Assembly (NCBI RefSeq): GCF_006345805.1
Contig: NC_042997.1
Coordinates: 69,750,001 to 69,814,000, forward strand
Origin: Octopus sinensis
Lineage: Eukaryota
Length of the DNA: 64,000 nucleotides
Direction of reading: 5' to 3'
Positions 51,020 through 64,000 of the stretch are shown in pieces; positions within the stretch are counted from its first letter, which is position 1; every line of letters begins with the position of its first letter. A program made the position numbers and the translations under genes. A model generated the notes under the pieces. It was not told where the DNA came from. It saw only the letters and a list, made by a program, of their open reading frames with translations, and searched no databases.

Positions 51020-51380
51020 TATGTGTTTCAGTCAGTAGACTGAGGCCAAAATGAGGCACCGCCTTGCAGAGTTTTAGTCGAACACTCGAACCCAGTACTT
51101 ATTTCAAAGCCTGACACTTATTCTATTGGTCTCTTTTGAAGAACCGTTAACTTACAGCGTTGTAAACACACCATCACCAATTTCTGATCGTGAGAGACAA
51201 GCACAGACACAGGGACACACACACAGACACACAAAAACGCTGGGTTTCTTTCAGTTTCCATCTGCCAAATCCATCATTAAACTTTGGTTGGCCCGAGGTT
51301 ATAGTAGAAGATCTACAGAGTGTGACTGAATCTGGAGCTATATGGTCTGGAAGCAAACTTCATACCACACAACCACGCCT
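51020..51380 (-). mobile_element. SINE family A, full length, diverged
   Basis: Tail-to-head order on the minus strand. Confidence 0.8.
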
Positions 51381-52959
51381 GCATCTACTATAGACTAAAT
51401 TTTCAAAAACAGTTTTGTTTAACTTTCAAACAAATTATTTTTTTGACTGTTAAAAGAGTTACCTGTAAAAAGAATGTAACAGCAGGCAAAATGGGGGATG
51501 CAGGAGTAATAATAATCTTAATTAACTGGACTCGGAAAAGCACAGGATAAGAAGTGGAATCTTAAACTATTGCAGCTGAAGTTGGAATTGAAATAAGAAA
51601 ATATGTTGTTTTCAGTTTCATTCAATTGTAAAAGTATACCCCTTCTTTATATGCTAAATTCCCCTATGACGAAAATGTTACATGGAAGTTTCTACATTTA
51701 CACCCTCTGAAATGAAATATGGTGCATGCGGTGTCGGTGAGAGGTTCAAGCATTTGTATGATGGAGATATAATCTGCCTCTCAACATTTAAAAATGTTCA
51801 GCTACTTTCCTCTTATGTTTTCCCATCTATAGCTGAGTTGACACTTATGCATACAGAGATATACATAGGAGAGAAAGAGCAACTTGTATGCCTTTCAACA
51901 GCCCTAGTAATAAATAAATGTTAATGTTCTATTAGCTCAGGAATAATGATAGGTAAATTCTGTGGTGGTTTTAGCAAGGTCTATCTTTCTCTACAGAAAA
52001 TGAAAATTCATCCATATTAGAGACAAAAGAATTCATAGACTATGTCAACGAATTGCTGGGAAACCAATACTCTTGGGTTCATGGTACCCCACAAACCCCA
52101 CGATTGGTTCTTGTGTTCTATAAAGTTGATCAATGAACCCCTTTTCACTAAAATATACAATGTTTGATTTATCTTCCTTAGATTCGGCATAAACCTTTGA
52201 GTATGATCTTACCTACTCATGAGAAGGTACTACGTAGAAAAGTAAACAACTACTTCAGTTGTAACCACATTACCATTATGCTGCTTCGGTGCAAAGAAAT
52301 TTTCTCTTTAATATTTTCCCAACTTGTATTTCCTACAGAAACCCCACGTGGGCTATTTTCCTACGTTCGATTAATTAAAAAATCACTTCTGCGGAGATGT
52401 ATCTCTTGTGATACATCTTTTTACAGAGCAGGTTGAAATCGAGTTGCTTTTTATTATTCCAGGAGGTGAGCAAATAATGATGGAATGTTGTTGCTTATAT
52501 TCTTGGTGTTGTTGCTGTTCATACAGCTTCTTTTTTCATTCAAATTTATATTTCCAACCTTTTATGTCTTGTACAAATTTTGTCTTTGTGTTTGCTTTTC
52601 TTTAATGTTTGCAAATGATTTGGAGGCGTGTTTGCTGACGTTACTTCTTTCACCCCTGCAACGAGCACATCTTACTGCCACTCTAAGGAAACTAACTTGC
52701 AACGCATGTAAATATTGCAAATAGTCATATGACCAAATGTGCAAATAGTTTGAAAATGTCTAAAGAAAGATCGTTTCTTTACCGCTTGTAGTTGCTCAAA
52801 TGCTATCGAATCCTTGATGGTAATAAAAAAAAGAAACCACGTCTCCTCTGTGCCAAAATTTTTCATGTTAATCTCGGATGAAAATATCTTTTACATGGTG
52901 CTTTAGAAACCTGTGAAATGTGACTGTTCACAGCTAACAACCACAACATCACCAATGGT

Positions 52960-53480
<521 letters not shown>

Positions 53481-54202
53481 AAAAAAAAAGGGTCAAGAAA
53501 TAAGGTCCAATGCCAGATATAATTTACTTGTATTTAACCTCAACGATCTCTGAGTTTTTCTTTCAAACTTCGGAAGTGGGACAGTAAGTCCTGGTAAACT
53601 TTTACAGCTGAGTCAACAAAAGAAAGTCTTTGATTAGTGGCAGCAACTGTGTTCTCCGTCTGTACTCATACAGTCAGTGGATCCATCTTTTTACATCTGT
53701 GTAAATAACTAGATAAATAATTCTTCATTTGAATTTTTCCTCTAGTATTTCCATATATAATTTCATCATGAGTTACATATATTCATTCGTTAAATAAAAT
53801 CGAATTTGTCATATGGATATTGTATAGTACATACGTTTAAAGTATCTAAACCATAAGTTGATTATCTATATACTGCAAACCATAAATATATTTCTCTAGT
53901 TTATATAAGCACAAGTCTGAAACTAAGCGTCTTTCCGAAATAATGCGAAATATTATCATGATCTTTAAGTTATGTTATTATTGAAGTTGTAGTAATACTT
54001 AGAGGGTAATTTCAATGTAGGGCAAAGTGGTTTGCAAGTCAGAGAAGTTTATTTACTTAATCAAAACATAACCTATATATATAAAAAAACACCTAAGACT
54101 GAGTTCTCAATCCACCTGCTCTTCAAAATATGGCACACCGCAATGTTATCACCATGGCTCTAGCTGAGGTTTTGTCTGATGATATATATATATATATATA
54201 TA

Positions 54203-54495
<293 letters not shown>

Positions 54496-55234
54496 TGTGT
54501 GTATGTAATTACAACACCTAAATGTATATATACGGCTCCGATCCAACAAGATAACCTTTACACTGTGTCACTTGACACACCAGAAATAACAGGTAATTAC
54601 TTCTCAAAAGGATCCTTATCAATGTCGCACGCTCGCTTGTACAGCACCATTGCAAACCAGCAAAGCGTTTAAACACTACCTGTTTATACTTCAGACAAAT
54701 GATTTCCATTTTCTGTCGAAAGTGACACGTGTAGGTGACATTGATAAATTGTCAAATTGACGAAATACAATTTCTGTCGCTCACATAATCATTTTTTGGG
54801 AGCTGTCATTCAGTATTCTGTTTTAACACTCTTTTAAAGGGATATTTCCTGGAAGTAAAACCGCGGCTTCTGGCGTTTAAGCAAGATACATACGCTAAGT
54901 ATGTAATATTGGAAATGTTTTTATCATAGAGCTGCTTGTACATAAATCGAATCTGTGTGTATACGTGTGCGTGCACGTGCGTGTGTGTGTGTTTCTTGCT
55001 GAGAAGATTGAAAGTTTTCACAAGAGTGAATTTATATTGAGAAAAAAGAAAAAAATGCTCTGAGGACCATATCATGAAAAAAATGAAAAAATGCTTACAT
55101 TTATATCAAAATATTCTTCCGGTTTCAATTGTTTCAAAACACGATTTAGTCCCTCGGTAAGGGACCATAAATATATATATCTTTATGCATGCACATATAA
55201 TTTATTCACTGTAAATTCGTTAATGTAGCTTTCC

Positions 55235-55476
<242 letters not shown>

Positions 55477-55840
55477 TATTTTTATCTTTAACCTTATCTT
55501 TCAACACATGACTCACCATCTTATTAATTATTATTTATTTTCGGGCATTCCCTCCCGTTCCACACAAGGTCTTTTCGATCTTACAATTATTACTTTTTTA
55601 CTATTACTTTTATATCTATATTTTACTGTTCATTTTCACATTCCCTTACCACCCAACTTGTAACGAAAATTATACCGTTATATTTTGAAAACCTGCCATC
55701 CAAATAAATTTAAACGCGTATTCGTGTACTTGAATTATATCACATAGCATTATATTAAATGTACAATCACAATTTTAATTCATTATTTATCACAACTGTC
55801 CGTCGAACAGGAACAGTGACTTTTAGGACAAACTGTATAA

Positions 55841-55898
<58 letters not shown>

Positions 55899-55900
55899 GT

Positions 55901-55934
<34 letters not shown>

Positions 55935-55946
55935 ACAGACAGACAT

Positions 55947-56019
<73 letters not shown>

Positions 56020-57034
56020 AATATGGCTGAGTAGAGAGAGAGATAAATCCATATATACATGCGCATGTGTATGTGTGAATCGCCTCCTGTAGTGTGTGTA
56101 GGTATGTGCGCGTCGATAGGTAGATAGATAGAAAGAGAGAGAAAGGATGGCATAGATATTGGGAGGGGAGCAATTATAAATTATACATTATAAAAATATA
56201 TGAACCATAAAATACATAAGCTATGCTAGTTTCCCTTTTACTTATGGATGTATAAGAAACGCTTTCGTCTATCACTGTACATTAATATTAAAATTGGAAC
56301 ACCGTACCTTTATTTTCATAGTATTTTTCATGGTTGATTTGGCACCAATCCGCTACATAACAATGTTATGAAAAGAACCAGATTTTCAATTTTTGACGTC
56401 AAAATTATCTACCTTACCAAACAAAATACCTTCAGTTCATACGTTATATTACAGGCCACGTCAACCAAAACATCATGTAACAAATACATTTATAGGGGAT
56501 AACTTCGACTTCAGATTCTGGATGAAAAGGGGAATCATTCTCGAGAAAGCACTAAAAGAATTCCAATATGAAACACTATAACTAAATATAATATACTTCC
56601 CACCAGAAAAATACACTACGGTTATTCGATAAGCAAAAACAGAACAGCCAAATATCTTTTAATTCATGCTCTACAGTCTTAAAATGATGTTGGGTAAGTA
56701 CGATTATGCTGTTGGAAATCCAAAGTTTCTTTTCAAATATATATAAACTGTTAACATTTGAACCGTTTCAATGATAGGTTGCTCGCCCTGTTCGTGGACT
56801 ACCTATGGCTACACAACAGAAATAACAAATGGGATTAAATTCAACTGAAAATAAAGTGAAATCAATTTTACTGATTATTTATTAGTAATGATTTATCGAC
56901 AATGAATTGCTAAAATTGATTAAAATATCTAATATATGATACAGCACTTTTAACACAATCTCCATATTCGTAGTTTCAGTAACATGCCATCATCGTAGTA
57001 TTTTCTCAAAACCTTTAAGTGATGTACATACATT

Positions 57035-57170
57035 TAGGTGCAAGTATGGCTGGGTGGCTAAGAAGTCATCTTGGGTTCAGACCCAGTGCGCGGCTTTTTG
57101 GTCAAGTGTCTTCTAGTGTAGCCCCAAGTTGACCATAGCCCTGTGAGCGGATTTGGAAGACGGAAACTTT
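57035..57170 (+). mobile_element. SINE family A head/body
   Basis: GGCTGGGTGGCTAAGAAG..GGTCAAGTGTCTTCTAGTGTAGCCCC..GTGAGCGGATTTGG. Confidence 0.75.
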
Positions 57171-57204
57171 TACTTGACCATGTCAAGTTAAAGTTAAAAA
57201 GATA

Positions 57205-57250
<46 letters not shown>

Positions 57251-57356
57251 CGCACACGCACGCACACACACACACACAACACACACACACACAGTCACAC
57301 GCATGCACACGGCCACGCGCGAACACACGCACACATGCATATATATATATGTATGC

Positions 57357-57428
<72 letters not shown>

Positions 57429-57914
57429 GCATACATAAATGTATAAATATATACACACACACACACACACATGTATACATATATACATACGCGCACAACC
57501 ACACATGTTCGCAGGCACACACTTGTATGTAATTCATATCTGTTTACAGTATGTTTGAGAAGGAGGTCAATCGTTCACTGAGTACTGGACAAGCAACCGA
57601 AAGGTCGGCAGTTCGCTCTGTCACCTGCACTGTGTTGTGTCCAGGGCCAAGACACTTAACTTTCAAATGGTCTCTTCCGTCGAATAGTAAATATAATGCA
57701 GGGTAGCCAGAAATAATGTAATTGTAATCAGCAGCATCCGCGAAATAACCAAGTGTCTCATTATATACAAACTGTCAGCTAAGGAAAATAACTCAAGTGG
57801 ACTAATGGCACGAATTTATTTAATTCAATCTGTGATGGAGTGAATGCAAAATTTCTAAATAGTTTGTAGATTATCTTTTGGTTGAAAAAAAAAAAAAAAG
57901 CAGTCTCCTTTACT

Positions 57915-58290
57915 TTCTTATCTTTTACTAGTTTTTATCATGGGATGCAACTATGCTAGGGTACCGCTTTGAAGGGTTTGGTCGAAAAAATTAGTTCCAG
58001 TACTTATTTTAAATCCAGTACTTATTTCCAGACTTCTTTTAGTTTCTGTCTGTCAAATTTACTCAAAAAGTTTTGATCGTCCCGTGGGTATAGTAGATGA
58101 CACTTGCCCATGGTGCCACGCAGATATTTAACGACAGGCATCTTTCTGTTTCTATTCAACAAAACCACTCACAAGCCTTTGGTTAATCGGGGCTATAGTA
58201 GGAGACATTTGGCAAGGTGTCATGTAATGGGACTGAACCAAATCTACACGACTGGGAAGTAGGTTTCTTAACCACGCATAGACGCCTGCG
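57915..58290 (-). mobile_element. SINE family A, rearranged (body segment appears twice)
   Basis: Two successive GACACTTGCCCA/GACATTTGGCAA body segments on the minus strand. Confidence 0.7.
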
Positions 58291-58975
58291 CCAATAAATG
58301 AAACATGCTCCCACATGCATACATACATACATAAATGCATGCATGCATGCATACATACATACATACATACATGCATACATGCATACATACATACATACAT
58401 ACAAACAGTATCCAGGATACATTTTCAGCTTTAGAACAATTATTATAAAGATTTGAAGAATAATGGTTAAAAGAAGATACTTTCCTTCACAACCTTGCTG
58501 CCGTGTAAGTAACCGGTTAAAATTTCCTCTAGAATCAAAAAAAGGAGAAAAACATACATACATACAAACATACATACATACATACATACATACATACATA
58601 CATACATACATACATACATACATACATACACGCGTACGTACGTACATGAGTACATATGTATGCGACTGTATGCCTATCTAAATTGGAATAGTTTTCTTGA
58701 TATTTGCATTTTAAGAATAAGATCATTGTAAAAGGTGGTCTAATAATAAGATACTTTGAACTTGTTATGCAATTGTTCTCAGCACTGATCCTACTGCATT
58801 TAGTATCAAATAAACATTTTCACCTGTTTGGTGCATTATCCACTATACACTACCGCACTAAAACTGGTTCTCTATCGATTACGACGAGCTTCCACGTAAG
58901 AACACACACACACACACATACACACACACACATACACACACACACACACACACATACACACACATATATATGATG

Positions 58976-59136
58976 TACGAGGGGGTGCTGGAAAATTTCC
59001 TGGCTTTGTGTAAAAGGAAATACATGAGGAGCAGTTAATTATAATTTTATTTAACATATTCCCCTCACATTTTCACTCACTTATTGCAGCGGCACTTCAG
59101 GCGTTCTAAACCCTGTAAAAGAAGTCGGAAGGCTGG

Positions 59137-59137
<1 letters not shown>
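58976..59137 (-). mobile_element. Truncated copy of the mariner MITE family seen at 18465
   Basis: TACGAGGGGGTGCTGGAAAATTTCCTGGCT TIR; interior is the reverse complement of the 18465 copy. Confidence 0.8.
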
Positions 59138-59179
<42 letters not shown>

Positions 59180-59211
59180 GTGTATATATATTTATATATT
59201 ATATATATATA

Positions 59212-59273
<62 letters not shown>

Positions 59274-59279
59274 ACATAT

Positions 59280-59430
59280 CTTCTTTCACTTTCTGTCAGT
59301 CAAACTAAACTCACAAGGCTTTGTTTGGCCTGGGGTTAAAGTAGAAGGCACTTTTTCAAATACCACGTAGTGGGGCTAAACCCGTAACCCTATGATGAAG
59401 GAGCAATCTATTTAGCACGCAGCTACCCCT
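59280..59430 (-). mobile_element. SINE family A head/body, diverged
   Basis: CACAAGGCTTTG..GTAGAAGGCAC..CCACGTAGTGGG. Confidence 0.65.
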
Positions 59431-59456
59431 GTATACACACATACACCCACACGCAC

Positions 59457-59497
<41 letters not shown>

Positions 59498-60611
59498 CGT
59501 GTGCATATGTGTGTATGCGTGTATGTGCATATATATAAGTACGTACGCATGTATGCATGTATGCATGTAAGCATGCATGTATATGTATATCCTGCATGAG
59601 CTACTAAGTGTAGAGTAATGTCGGAGAAAGTGTTTATGTCGGTTTTAGAGCCCCTAAAATAATTAGTGAAATTATGTTTTATGTTAGGTGGTCAATCTTC
59701 GTCTGCAAGTAAGTTTGCGATACTGTTCTTCATGTAAACTTTCTGTGTGTATATATATATATATGCATGCATGTATGAGTGAAAATCAAAGTATGACATG
59801 GACTCAACTCAAGAGGTACAATATAACATGAAGCACCTCTTGTCAGCCGTGGAGATACAGATCAGCATAATTTTAGTACCTTACTTTCCATGATACTAAT
59901 CTTTTTCTTGCGTGAGCGACAATAATAAAAAGAGAAAATCTTAGCGTGTAAAGGAGATTAACATACGACTGAGACAGAAAACGACAGATAAATATATGTA
60001 ATACAATTTTAAAATAATACAGAAATGTAATCACCAATTTTCGACTGGGTAAGGAAAATCTGCCAACTCACCGAATGCTAATGCGATAGAAAATCGAAAG
60101 TAAACTTTTGGCATGTTATAAAGCTAGGTGAAGGACAGGAATTTAAGAACGTCCGATCTCAGCAACGTTTGCGAAGAAAAGAGACAGAATAGTGCAACAG
60201 AATGGTAGCCGCAGCAGCAACGAGGTACAAGAAAGTTGGTTAGAGGAGACGTAAAAGAGCGTCAGAATAAAATATAATGGGACGAGAAAGAGCGAGTGTT
60301 AATGACAGTGAATAAAACAGGAGAGAGAGGAAAGAAATGAAGATAAAGAGAGAAGGGAAAGGAATAGCAAGTTGCAATAAGAGAAAAAGAGAAATAAAGC
60401 GAAGTTAGCGAGCGGTGAAATGATTGAAAGACCACAGCGAGAGAGGAAAATCATATATAGATGTGTAATAATAGTATCAGTATAATGCCATCTTGCTAGA
60501 AATCGATTACGAAAAGGATTTAGTGGGTAACTAAGATGTCTTACTTGTCTTATCTTGTTCTTTGCATTCAAGAATACGTTGCAACAGCAACCATGAAGGT
60601 TTCTTCTGCAG

Positions 60612-61030
60612 AGACTGCCGAACCCAGTCTTCTCGTGCGTAGTCAGGTAAGCTCTAACTTACCAAAGATTACATACCCATTGGTTACCCCCACCAAACGA
60701 AGCAGTTTACTAGGGCGTGACTGTTCTTATATGCAAACAGCTACTCGGAGCCATCGGTGAGAGTTAGGTGCCAAGTGGAGACCAAAACGGACGAACAGCC
60801 CTAACAGTGCAACATGGTCTTCCTCTAAGGGGCTATTTCTCCCTGACTTAGAAATAAACAACGGAAAAGAACTGCAAAACTTAGGACACCTCCCGCCAAC
60901 AATGGAGACTTCTGATTATGGCACAGTTAAGTGCCGAGCAAATGGGCTAAATAGAACTTATTCTGGAGAACTGAAGTACAAAAAATGACTTTACATAGTC
61001 CAGAAATATGAAACTGCAAAATATTCCTCA
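60612..61030 (+). mobile_element. Probable 5' UTR and start of a non-LTR retrotransposon (RTE-like), headed by an HDV-like fold
   Basis: GC-richer island in AT-rich DNA; HDV-like helices at 60613-60670; weak endonuclease-start-like residues near 60950. Confidence 0.35.
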
Positions 61031-62404
61031 TCTTTTCTAATTGAACTTAGTTCTTCCAGAAGAAATATCTCTCCTTCCTACTGATTAACCCGTTTTCTTT
61101 ATTGCTGCATTTCTACGTTGAATATAACAATAGCATCACTTGTACACACATATCTATTTGTCATTCCTACTTTCGATATATCTTTGCAATTATAATGGTT
61201 TCAACGCTTCATTTGATACAGATATGCCGTAGTAGGAGTAGCTTCCTGCTGAAGTTCTTTCCAGACATGTTGACTCGGATTTTTGTCAAATGAACCATTT
61301 CCATATTAGTGATTCATGAATTCCTACGGCGTTAAATAATCTATGGACATTATTAAGGAATCTTTATGCCTGTCAACGGGCTATCTTCAACGCGATTATT
61401 CAACCAACTAAAAATAACAGTCGAATTTCCTTCAAATCATCAATTCTTGTCTTTAAAAGAGGACACATGCATTCGTATTGTCTAAGGTACATTATACCTG
61501 AAACAAAATGAATTGTTATGAGTGGAACTCTTTTGATTACATGTAACCACAATCAGAACTAACGTAGGGTTGTCCACCAAAATCAACAAAAAATAACTTA
61601 CTGCTAAAATTTAAAGTATTCAGTGCTAATACATTCCAAATTTCACAGTAAAATAACCCTTAAAATTCACCCTACAGTCTGAAGATAAAAGAAGTTTACT
61701 TGGATATAATGATATTATATCAAAAAGAAGACAGGATGGTAGCTGCTAGAACTCCTTTAATTATAGAACTACTCTGTTGAAGTTAATCTGGGTATAAACA
61801 GCAACCTACGTCTTCCACCAAAAGTGCTGTAGATGCTTCATTTTAATCTAAAGTGTAATTCAAAAAAGAAAAAAATACCTCCCTAATTTTGTGATAATCA
61901 TTTAATGTACATGTGTGCGTATATATGCTTGAGGGGACAAGTAAACAATATTAGAGAGAGAGAGAGAGAATATGAGAACGTGAGAAAGACGGGAGAAGAA
62001 AGAAGTGGAAAACTAGATGGGAATACAAGCATGAAGTGCACCAGCTGATAAATGAGCTAAACTAGGACGGGAAGCGAGAGGAAATAAAGGAGAAGTTAGT
62101 CAGAGTCTTATAGAAAACAAGTGGTATTGCAGAAGTGGTGTTGATACTTGATACAAACGGAGGTGGTGCTGTAAGTTTGTAAGAATGGTAACAGTAAATT
62201 TCAAGATGGAGTAAAATGGTTACGGGGATTGTGATTATTCGTGTTTGCGATGGTCATCGTATTAGGAGTGGTAGAATGAATGGGAGGAAATTGAAAGATT
62301 GACCTGAGTCAAGTAGAAATACACAAACATGAACAGCAACTCACAAAGACATACACTCTTATATACATGCTCAAATCCCACCCACTCATGAAGACAGACA
62401 GACA

Positions 62405-62468
<64 letters not shown>

Positions 62469-63207
62469 CACACAGTTATAGATATACATGTATGTGTGTG
62501 CATGTATGTATATGTAGGGAGAGAGGAAAAGCTAGAAGAGAGTGAGAGAAAAAGTATTCAAAATTTATAATTGTTAATGAAGGAGAAAGGGAGAACTCAA
62601 TATCTGGTGCAGACTATTTATTTCAAGTTAATACTTTTCCTTGTGATTGAAGTTTCACGTCAATGCGATCTTCGGATAACATCGTTATTTTTATCTGATT
62701 TTATTTAAGCCTAATTGTTCTGTGTGTTACTAATTTTATTTTTTCTGTGTGATACTTACTTTTCTATGGACAAGTTCCTAAACTTTATTGTTATAGAACT
62801 CTGTTTATTATTGAATTATTTTGGCCTTGCCGTTATCATGTCCTATTTTATTAAAGTTGCTAGTCTGGTAACATCTGTATAGAGTTGTATGAAATTTTAA
62901 AATGAATTGTCTTACTCATGATATGAGGTAGAAATATTCAGTTCATAGTATGGATGTTGCTCTGTGAAACTACAGCGAAAATTCGTACAAAATTGGATGA
63001 AGAAGATATGGAAACATCTAAGTTTCCATCGAATTATGTCTGATATGTGAAGCTTAACGGTTGTGTTTCTTGTATTGAATATTAACTTTTGGTGGAGTAA
63101 TTGTGAAACACCATATTTTGTAATTATATAAATATTTATCCTTATGTTAACTATTGATTGCTTCTGCTTTTAGCGCGCAACACATGTTCAAACCTGCGTC
63201 TCACCTC

Positions 63208-63238
<31 letters not shown>

Positions 63239-63320
63239 CTCTGCATATATGTGTGCGTGCGTGTGTGTGTGTATGTATGTATGTGTGTGTGTGTCTGTGT
63301 GTGTGTAGGAAAAAAGAGAT

Positions 63321-63621
63321 GACACCGGAAAATACAAAGGTTATGTAATGAACTTGATTAGCTTACAGCTGTTTCTGCTATAAGATGTGGGGGACGCCTG
63401 GTTGAGTCCCTGAGTAACCTCCTGTAGCTTAATCAGATAGGCATCAACATCATCCCACTCCTAACGCCTGTACGTTCTGAAAATGTAAATTTCTCAAATA
63501 AAGTGCACTTCATATTCAAGGCTTTGATGAAGCTATAAGATGTTACCAAGGGACTCAACTACATGTTATAGCAGAAAAAGCAAATGAACTTCATTACATA
63601 ACCTTTAGTTTTTCTGGTATC
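63321..63621. mobile_element. Degenerate inverted-repeat element with hammerhead core remnants (PLE-like)
   Basis: Arms 63321-63436 and 63524-63621 match as reverse complements (AAAGGTTATGTAATGAA; TTTCTGCTATAA; GTTGAGTCCCT; AGCTT.ATCA). Confidence 0.6.
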
Positions 63622-64000
63622 CTCCCTTGGCTCCTATTACTACTCTATACTAATCTAACAGTGTGCTCTGGGCACCAGGTTATTAGTTTCACTATGCCTA
63701 AGCGAATAATAATTTATATACGTGTATATATATATATATATATCTATATATATATATATATATATATAATACAAATAAGAAAATGGAGAAACAATTTAGT
63801 TGGTTCATCAACTTTCGGATATTGGAATGTTGAATTATTTATTCATTTAACAAAAATGAGAAGCTTAATAGCATACATATATACATTATAATTTAATACA
63901 TATAAGATAAGAATACAATTATAAAAATCATAATATAAATTATTGAAATCATTAAAATCACTCCTTACAGCTGTTTCACCATATGGATAAAAGTAGTTTA

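Overview
AT-rich eukaryotic repeat-dominated DNA. The microsatellite density and SINE families look like an octopus (coleoid cephalopod) genome; this is inferred from pattern recognition, not a search. I cannot support any intact host protein-coding gene, and nearly all ORF-track entries are translated microsatellites. The window is a layered transposon graveyard. DNA transposons: two mariner relics (one near full length), mariner MITEs, a Chapaev3-like transposase relic and a Helitron-like non-autonomous element. Retroelements: degraded CR1/L2-, RTE- and Tx1-like LINE pieces, at least four tRNA-headed SINE families (more than 25 copies), and a Penelope-like element (PLE) whose GIY-YIG remnant is bracketed by inverted terminal repeats. 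Each of those terminal repeats carries a tRNA-like Pol III promoter and a minimal hammerhead ribozyme. The most striking unexplained pattern is repeated fold-back (inverted) duplication at many scales: 9-22 bp, a perfect 40 bp stem, a palindromic element whose mariner-derived flank is also mirrored, and a ~490 bp inverted duplication 2.1 kb apart. There are also several hammerhead-like relics and a candidate degenerate HDV-like ribozyme at a LINE 5' end. All coordinates were counted by hand; the boundaries of degraded repeats are approximate.
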